Positions 51,791 through 61,603 of a DNA stretch of 64,000 bases are shown here, piece by piece (positions within the stretch are counted from its first letter, which is position 1; every line of letters begins with the position of its first letter). A model generated the notes under the pieces. It was given only the letters and a program-made list of their open reading frames with translations. It did not search any database and was not told where the DNA came from. The stretch is from NCBI GenBank assembly GCA_051530055.1, contig CM121342.1, forward strand, positions 4,897,489 through 4,961,488, read 5' to 3'. Both the position numbers and the translations under genes were made by a program. Origin of the DNA: Neoechinorhynchus agilis. Taxonomy: Eukaryota; Animalia; Acanthocephala.

Positions 51791-54700
51791 ACCAATCGAT
51801 ACTTTGTTTCATCGATTAGTTCTTAAATTCATTTCATTGATTTGGAAACAAATTCGGAATTAATGAAAGGAATTTTAAGACCAATCGATACTTTGTTTCA
51901 TCGATTAGTTCTTAAATTCCTTTCATTGATTTGGAAACCAATTCAGGATCAATGAAAGGAATTTTAAGACCAATCGATACTTTGTTTCATCGATTAGTTC
52001 TTAAATTCCTTTCATTGATTTGGAAACATATTCAGGATCAATGAAAGGAATTAAGACCAATCGATACTTTGCTTCATCGATTAGTTCTTAAATTCCTTTC
52101 ATTGATTTGGAAACAAATTCAGGATCAATGAAAGGAATTTTAAGACCAATCGATACTTTGCTTCATCGATTTGTTCTTAAATTCCTTTCATTGATTTGGA
52201 AACATATTCAGGATCAATGAAAGGAATTTTAAGACCAATCGATACTTTGCTTCATCGATTAGTTCTTAAATTCCTTTCATTGATTTGGAAACATATTCAG
52301 GATCAATGAAAGGAATTTTAAGACCAATCGATACTTTGAACCAATCGATACTTTGTTCATCGATTAGTTCTTAAATTCCTTTCATTGATTTGGAAACAAA
52401 TTCAGGATCAATGAAAGGAATTTTAAGACCAATCGATACTTTGCTTCATCGATTAGTTCTTAAATTCCTTTCATTGATTTGGAAACATATTCAGGATCAA
52501 TGAAAGGAATTTTAAGACCAATCGATACTTTGATTCATCGATTAGTTCTTAAATTCCTTTCATTGATTTAAACCAAATTCAGGATCAATGAAAGGAATTT
52601 AAGACCAATCGATACTTTGTTTCATCGATTAGTTCTTAAATTCCTTTCATTGATTTGGAAACAAATTCAGGATCAATGAAAGGAATTTTAAGACCAATCG
52701 ATACTTTGTTTCATCGATTAGTTCTTAAATTCCTTTCATTGATTTGAAACAAATTCAGGATCAATGAAAGGAATTTTAAGACCAATCGATACTTTGTTTC
52801 ATCGATTTGTTCTTAAATTCCTTTCATTGATTTGGAAACATATTCAGGATCAATGAAAGGAATTTTAAGACCAATCGATACTTTGCTTCATCGATTTGTT
52901 CTTAAATTCCTTTCATTGATTTGGAAACATATTCAGGATCAATGAAAGGAATTTTAAGACCAATCGATACTTTGCTTCATCGATTAGTTCTTAAATTCCT
53001 TTCATTGATTTGGAAACAAATTCAGGATCAATGAAAGGAATTTTAAGACAAGAGACCAATCGATACTTTGCTTCATCGATTTGTTCTTAAATTCCTTTCA
53101 TTGATTTGGAAACATATTCAGGATCAATGAAAGGAATTTTAAGACCAATCGATACTTTGCTTCATCGATTAGTTCTTAAATTCCTTTCATTGATTTGGAA
53201 ACCAATTCAGGATCAATGAAAGGAATTTTAAGACCAATCGATACTTTGCTTCATTGATTAGTTCTTAAATTCCTTTAATTGATTTGGAAACAAATTCAGG
53301 ATCAATGAAAGGAATTTTAGGACCAATCGATACTTTGATTCATCGATTAGTTCTTAAATTCCTTTCATTGATTTGGAAACAAATTCGGAATTAATGAAAG
53401 GAATTTTAAGACCAATCGATACTTTGCTTCATTGATTAGTTCTTAAATTCCTTTAATTGATTTGGAAACAAATTCAGGATCAATGAAAGGAATTTTAGGA
53501 CCAATCGATACTTTGATTCATCGATTAGTTCTTAAATTCCTTTCATTAAATTTAAACCAAATTCAGGACCAATGAAAGGAATTTTAAGACCAATCGATAC
53601 TTTGTTTCATCGATTGGTTCTTAAATTCCTTTCATTGATTTGGAAACAAATTCAGGATCAATGAAAAATTTTAAGACCAATCGATACTTTGCTTCATCGA
53701 TTTGTTCTTAAATTCCTTTCATTGATTTGGAAACATATTCAGGATCAATGAAAGGAATTTTAAGACCAATCGATACTTTGCTTCATCGATTTGTTCTTAA
53801 ATTCCTTTCATTGATTTGGAAACATATTCAGGATCAATGAAAGGAATTTTAAGACCAATCGATACTTTGCTTCATCGATTTGTTCTTAAATTCCTTTCAT
53901 TGATTTGGAAACATATTCAGGATCAATGAAAGGAATTTTAAGACCAATCGATTAGTTCTTAAATTCCTTTAATTGATTTGGAAACAAATTCAGGATCAAT
54001 GAAAGGAATTTTAGGACCAATCGATACTTTGTTTCATCGATTAGTTCTTAAATTCCTTTCATTGATTTGGAAACAAATTCGGAATTAATGAAAGGAATTT
54101 TAAGACCAATCGATACTTTGTTTCATCGATTAGTTCTTAAATTCCTTTCATTAACTTTGAACCAAATTCAGGATCAATGAAAGGAATTTTAAGACCAATC
54201 GATACCTTGTTTCATCGATTTGTTCTTAAATTCCTTTCATTAACTTTTGAAAAAATTAAGAATCAATGAAAGGAATTTTAAGACCAATTGATACTTTGTT
54301 TCATCGATTTGTTCTTAAATTCCTTTCATTGATTTGGAAACAAATTAGGATCAATGAAAGTAATTTTAAGACCAATCGATAATTTGTTTCATCGATTTGT
54401 TCTTAAATTCCTTTCATTAACTTTGAACCAAATTCGGAATTAATGAAAGGAATTTTAAGAACAATCGATACTTTGCTTCATCGATTAGTTCTTAAATTCC
54501 TTTCATTGATTAGGAAACCAATTCAGGACCAATGAAAGGAATTTTAAGACCAATCGATACTTTGTTTCATCGATTTGTTCTTAAATTCCTTTCATTGATT
54601 TGGAAACAAATTCGGAATTAATGAAAGGAATTTTAAGACCAATCGATACTTTGTTTCATCGATTGGTTCTTAAATTCCTTTCATTTATTAGGAAACAAAT

Positions 54701-57700
54701 TCAGGACCAATGAAAGGAATTTTAAGACCAATCGATACTTTGTTTCATCGATTAGTTCTTAAATTCCTTTCATTGATTTGGAAACAAATTCGGAATTAAT
54801 GAAAGGAATTTTAAGACCAATCGATACTTTGTTTCATCGATTTGTTCTTAAATTCCTTTCATTAACTTTGAACCAAATTCGGAATTAATGAAAGGAATTT
54901 TAAGACCAATCGATACTTTGCTTCATCGATTAGTTCTTAAATTCCTTTCATTGATTAGGAAACCAATTCAGGACCAATGAAAGGAATTTTAAGACCAATC
55001 GATACTTTGTTTCATCGATTGGTTCTTAAATTCCTTTCATTAACTTTTGAAAAAATTCAGAATCAATGAAAGGAATTTTAAGACGAATCGACAAGCGAAC
55101 CTTGTACAATAATTTGGGGATGAAGAGCGCGTTCTTTATGAGAAACAAGGCTTCATGAGCCGAGAGAGCGCACACCCTATCGCACAGCAACGAAAGTTTC
55201 GGTATGATATGGCCGATCTCATCTTCCACATTTGAATCGAAGACACAACTGCCCAAGAGGCTGAGTTGTTCCCGAGTCACGAGTTCAGACCTGGAGCTAC
55301 GGCCTCGAACCCATCCATTAGTTCCTAGACTTTGGCGGCGTCTTCGATATTTAATGCTAGAATCTCACACTTTCCAGCATTAAGCTCAATGCCCATCTTC
55401 GAGGTCTCCCTAATCAGCGTCTCCAAATCGCGCAGTACAACGGAGGGATCACCTCCGAGCGTAGCGTCATCCAAGTACCAAGCGTTGAAGCTGGAATGGA
55501 GAGAATGCGCTATTGGGTTTACTGTTAGGGAGAATCCGATTGGACCGAGGGGATCTCCTTGCTGCACTCCTCTTTCGGACCAAATGAGGTGGTCTTCGAA
55601 AAGCAAAGGAATCGCCGTCCCGTAGGCATTGAGAAAATACTGGAAGGCTTCTGGTGCGTGATCCCTAATTGCGCGGAACATGCTTTCTCTATTGAGAGAG
55701 TTAAAGGCGTTCCGAAAATCGCACTTAAGAATCACGCACGGCGCTGAGCTACTCGTAGCAAAGTTTCGGAGCGAGTGGACGATAGCTTCCGCCCCGCAGG
55801 ATGTGCAGCAGCCCAGTTGGACTGGACGAAGTTGCTGCCCGGTTTTCTCTGTAATACGTTTGCAGAGAATTTTTCCTGCAAGTCGGCGTATCGTCGAAGA
55901 TACGGCGATGGGACGAATCCCACCTTCTTTTTTGTGAGAGCACATAATGATGCTCCGAAAAATAGGTCTTTTGCAACGGGGTTCAGGTCCTCTCCAGTCA
56001 GGCGGTCGACTATTCGAGAAAGCGCACTTTCTAGAGAGAGAGCTGCTTCACCAGTTGAAAAGGACATCATGTCCTTTAAGTGCTGAGGCCTTAGTCCGTC
56101 AAGCCCGTGACCCGAACCATTTGCAAAAGTTGAGATGGCCTTTTTCATCTCTGAAATTTGAGTGGGCGTCCTGTCCTGAATGGGAGGAGATGGAATTTCA
56201 AAGCTTCCGCTACTACATGGGTGCTTCGACCGGAGTATTTGTAGCGTCTCGCTGTCTCCTTTTGCGAAACTGTCGGAGGATGACAATAACCGAACAGCCC
56301 CCGAACATCCCCGTCCGCAAGCTTCGAAGAGACACGCTCAGTCAGTGATCGCTTTGAAAAACGGCAGCGATACTCTTCCTTCGTGCGTCCCTTAGAAACC
56401 TCGCGGAGATTCCTTTCAAAATTTTTAAATATTTGTTCAAAGGAATCTAACCTTTCCTTGATTGTTGATGTCAAAGACATCCCAGAATCACCGCTGGTGC
56501 ATAGGACTAAGCGCGGGAAAGCGAAGAGCCGTGTCCATGAAGGCGCACAGTTCGTTTGCAGGCAATCATTGAGCAATCCCGTAAATGCTTTGGCGACCAG
56601 ATATCGCGCGCCTTTGGGGATCCGTTTCAGGACGTTCCTGGGCAGAAACCGCACGATATCAGGTATCGAAATACTTTGTTTCATCGATTTGTTCTTAAAT
56701 TCCTTTCATTGATTTGGAAACGAATTCAGGATCAATGAAAGGAATTTTAAGACCAATCGATACTTTGTTTCATCGATTAGTTCTTAAATTCATTTCATTA
56801 GCTTTGAACCAAATTCGAAATTAATGAAAGGAATTTTAAGACCAATCGATACTTTGTTTCATCGATTGGTTCTTAAATTCCTTTCATTAACTTTTGAAAA
56901 AATTCAGAATCAGTTATAGGAATTAACAATCGATACTTTGTTTCATCGATTTGTTCTTAAATTCCTTTCATTGATTTGGAAACAAATTCAGGACCAATGA
57001 AAGGAATTTTAAGACCAATCGATACTTTGTTTCATCGATTAGTTCTTAAATTCCTTTCATTGATTCGGAAACAAATTCGGAATTAATGAAAGGAATTTTA
57101 CGACCAATCGATACTTTGCAGGTTTTGTTTCATCGATGTTTCTAAATCTTCATTCGATCGGGAAACCACCCGGGATCAACGAAAGAAATTTTTCTTCAAG
57201 ACCAATCGATACTTTTTGTACGAGCTTCGATTACTTAAAATCTTCTTCTTCTCATCAAAAAACAAATTCAGGACCAATGAAAGGAATTTTGTGACCATTC
57301 GACTTTGTTTCATCGATTTGTTCTTAAATTCCTTTCATTGATTTGGAAACGAATTCAGGATCAATGAAAGGAATTTTAAGACCAATCGATACTTTGTTTC
57401 ATCGATTAGTTCTTAAATTCATTTCATTAGCTTTGAACCAAATTCGAAATTAATGAAAGGAATTTTAAGACCAATCGATACTTTGTTTCATCGATTGGTT
57501 CTTAAATTCCTTTCATTAACTTTTGAAAAAATTCAGAATCAATGAAAGGAATTTTAAGACCAATCGATACTTTGTTTCATCGATTTGTTCTTAAATTCCT
57601 TTCATTGATTTGGAAACAAATTCAGGACCAATGAAAGGAATTTTAAGACCAATCGATACTTTGTTTCATCGATTAGTTCTTAAATTCCTTTCATTGATTC

Positions 57701-58745
57701 GGAAACAAATTCGGAATTAATGAAAGGAATTTTAAGACCAATCGATACTTTGTTTCATCGATTAGTTCTTAAATTCCTTTCATTGATTTGGAAACCAATT
57801 CGGGATCAATGAAAGGAATTTTAAGACCAATCGATACTTTGTTTCATCGATTAGTTCTTAAATTCCTTTCATTGATATGGAAACAAATTCAGAATCAATG
57901 AAAGGAATTTTAAGACCAATCGATACTTTGTTTCATCGATTTGTTCTTAAATTCCTTTCATTGATATGGAAACAAATTCAGAATCAATGAAAGGAATTTT
58001 AAGACCAATCGATACTTTGTTTCATCGATTTGTTCATATATTCCTTTCATTGATTTGGAAACAAATTCAGGATCAATGAAAGGAATTTTAAGACCAATCG
58101 ATACTTTGTTTCATCGATTAGTTCTTAAATTCCTTTCATTGATTTGGAAACAAATTCGGGATCAATGAAAGGAATTTTAAGACCAATCGATACTTTGTTT
58201 CATCGATTAGTTCTTAAATTCCTTTCATTGATTTGGAAACCAATTCGGGATCAATGAAAGGAATTTTAAGACCAATCGATACTTTGTTTCATCGATTAGT
58301 TCTTAAATTCCTTTCATTGATTTGGAAACAAATTCAGAATCAATGAAAGGAATTTTAAGACCAATCGATACTTTGTTTCATCGATTTGTTCTTAAATTCC
58401 TTTCATTGATTTGGAAACAAATTCAGGACCAATGAAAGGAATTTTAAGACCAATCGATACTTTGTTTCATCGATTAGTTCTTAAATTCCTTTCATTGATT
58501 CGGAAACAAATTCAGAATCAATGAAAGGAATTTTAAGACCAATCGATACTTTGTTTCATCGATTAGTTCTTAAATTCGTTTCATTGATTTGGAAACGAAT
58601 TCAGGATCAATGAAAGGAATTTTAAGACCAATCGATACTTTGTTTCATCGATTGATTACTTAAATCCGTTCATTGATTACGTAACAAATTAAAAATTCAA
58701 CAGAAGAATTTTAAGATCAATCGATACTTTGCATCATCGATTGTC
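51791..58745. repeat. Satellite with an ~89-bp unit made of two hairpins, ~60 copies, interrupted at 55092-56670
   Basis: Unit GACCAATCGATACTTTGTTTCATCGATTAGTTCTTAAATTCCTTTCATTGATTTGGAAACAAATTCAGGATCAATGAAAGGAATTTTAA. Confidence 0.98.
55092..56670 (-). mobile_element. Internal N-terminal/RT fragment of a CRE-clade non-LTR retrotransposon, two frameshifts
   Basis: LKRIPKGAR, GLDGLRPQHLK, GGIRPIAVSSTIRRLAGK, DFRNAFNSL, GVQQGDPLGP and AWYLDDATLG. Confidence 0.92.
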
Positions 58746-59183
58746 ATTTTTTAATAATGGAAAATGCCCCAATTATCTGAATTGAAATATCGGAATAAAT
58801 CAAAATTATGTAAATTTATTTAATCGATATTTCGGCTTAATTCAGAGCAAAGAAACAAGCTTGTGAAACAATCTCGATAAAGACTCTTGTCGCCACTACA
58901 CCTTGAGCAATTCCATTTTTTAGTAAAAATTAAAGCAAAGAAATCAAATTCCTAATATTGGAGATTGCGAGAGACGTGTTACTCAAAATTGGCAGAATCG
59001 GAAATCTTTCGTGGTATTGAAAGTCGAGCTCTCGATTGGCTTTTCTTTCTCGTTCTTTTCGAAAAAAATCATAATCTTCTACTTAGTACAATCTTTTTTC
59101 AAATGATTTGATTGTATTTTTTGCTCTGGTTGCGAATGCTTTCAAGGTTTTTTTGCCTTTCACAAGTTGAACATCCCAAGGAA

Positions 59184-60843
59184 ATCGATAGAGAAAATCC
59201 TTCGGGTTAGTCAAAGTATATAATTTTGGTCAAAATCCCCCGTTAATAGCTCATTTGATTTATAGGGGAAATATTTCGCAGAGGACGTAACCTCGCCTCA
59301 TCAGTCATTCGCAAATAAAAAACACTTTAACAATGACTGATGAGGCGAGGTTACGTCCTCTGCGAAATATTTCCAATAAATCAAAATCAAATGTGTTATG
59401 GCCGGGGGATTATTTTGACCAAAATAATACTCCAATGAACGTTCCAAACTCGGACTTGAACAATTCGCTAAAGTAGTTTTGGATCCTCAATTTGTTTTCT
59501 ATCAGCACTAATAAAAATTTAATTTCATTTATCTTTGTCCTCGGGGTGAATTTGATTGTTCGTTGGCGAATCCTGTCTCCGATGTTATCGATACTCATTT
59601 ATTTCTTTGAGAAATATTTCACAAGGTTTTCCTTGCCTCTTCAGTCTCTATTGCTTCTAAGTTTTTAAATATTCTACACTGAAGAGGCTAGGAAAAACTT
59701 GCGAAATATTTCTCAAATAAATGGGTATCGATAACACCGGAGACAGGATTCGCCAACGTACAAAAAATTTAATTGTGGTACAATTTAAGCTTGGAGCTTA
59801 GAAAACTTACAAGCAATGATTGATGAGGTTTTTTCCTTGCGAAATATTTCCCAAAATAAATCAAATAGGTTATCGCCGGGGTATTATTTTCACCAATTGT
59901 ATAAACTTTGATTAACCCGAAGAATTTTCTCTATTGAGGATTAATCCATTTGTGTTTTCAGGCTCTCTCACGAACGATCCGTCTCCAGTTGAGAAAAACT
60001 TCTCCAATAAATCAAATAGGTTATCGCCGGGGTATTATTTTCACCAATTGTATAAACTTTGATTAACCCGAAGGATTTTCTCTATTGAGGATTAATCCAG
60101 TTGTGTTTTCAGGCTCTCTCACGAACGATCCGTCTCCAGTTGAGAAAAACTTCTCCAATAAATCAAATAGGTTATCGCCGGGGTATTATTTTCACCAATT
60201 GTATAAACTTTGATTAACCCGAAGGATTTTCTCTATTGAGGATTAATCCAGTTGTGTTTTCAGGCTCTCTCACGAACGATCCGTCTCCAGTGAGAGAAAC
60301 TTCTCCAATAAATCAAATAGGTTATTGCCGGGGTATTATTTTCACCAATTGTATAAACTTTGATTAACCCGAAGGATTTTCTCTATTGAGGATTAATCCA
60401 GTTGTGTTTTCAGGCTCTCTCACGAACGATCCGTCTCCAGTTGAGAGAAACTTCTCCAATAAATCAAATAGGTTATTGCCGGGGTATTATTTTCACCAAT
60501 TGTATAAACTTTGATTAACCCGAAGGATTTTCTCTATTGAGGATTAATCCAGTTGTGTTTTCAGGCTCTCTCACGAACGATCCGTCTCCAGTTGAGAGAA
60601 ACTTCTCCAATAAATCAAATAGGTTATTACCGGGGTAGTATTTTCACCAATTGTATAAACTTTGATTAACCCGAAGGATTTTCTCTATTGAGGATTAATC
60701 CAGTTGTGTTTTCAGGCTCTCTCACGAACGATCCGTCTCCAGTTGAGAGAAACTTCTCCAATAAATCAAATAGGTTATCGCCGGGGTATTATTTTCACCA
60801 ATTGTATAAACTTTGATTAACCCGAAGGATTTTCTCTATCGAT
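59184..60843. mobile_element. Composite foldback element with imperfect terminal inverted repeats (ATCGATAGAGAAAATCCTTCGGGTT..), two internal hairpins and a ~150-bp tandem array; probably Penelope terminal-repeat derived
   Basis: Termini at 59184 and 60843 are reverse complements; hairpins at 59267-59374 and 59561-59759; ~6.5 copies of a 150-bp unit from 59855. Confidence 0.8.
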
Positions 60844-61603
60844 GACTAATTAAAATCTTGGAAACAAACACAATTTTTTGAGCTTTTCAAAATTCTTTTT
60901 TTGCCAATCATTTTGATTGGGAACGAAATGATTAACCAGAAAAAGATGGTGCAAAATGCGGAAACGCTTCTTGGACCCTTTTGATTTCTTTTGTCCTCCG
61001 TGATAACAAACACCATTTTGGGTTCACAAGTGGATTTGAGTGCGTTTGTTAAGATTAATTCCAATAAAAAGTCTCTAAAAAATTATTAACGCTCTTCGGC
61101 TGTTTTTTCGATTAAATTTTATACGTATACATTTTGAACGTCTGACCAAAATCGCTTTGATTTGAACTAAAGAGATTGTCTCGGTTTTCTTTTTATCAAA
61201 TCGGAATAATTAGACTTTAACAATGTTTGAAGATTGAATTATTCATCGTGAAGAAATTTAAAATGATGATTTTATTTTTAAAACTGCTGATTGATTTCGG
61301 CTACTACAACAACCTCGATAAAAAAGGCGTACAAGATTGTGTGCCTTTGAAACCAATCGACAGTTTTAAAAATAAAATCATCGTTTTAAATTTCTTCGCG
61401 CCAGATAGCAATCTAGTTTAACAATAACAAATCTTCAATTGTCTGGACAAACATTGATTAGTGAATTCTTGCGGTAGGGTAGAAGGAGAAACTAAGAAAA
61501 ACAAAGTAAACTCACTGTGTGTTTGGTTGGTGTTTCCGTCTCAGTGATTCCTGTTGCGTTTTTTTCTCAAAAAATACCACAAATTCAATTTTCTCTTTTA
61601 GAC

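Noticed and set aside
51791-58745. CRISPR-like appearance of palindromic repeats with variable loops
   Set aside because: The loops are short recurring variants rather than unique spacers, there are no cas genes, and the context is eukaryotic.
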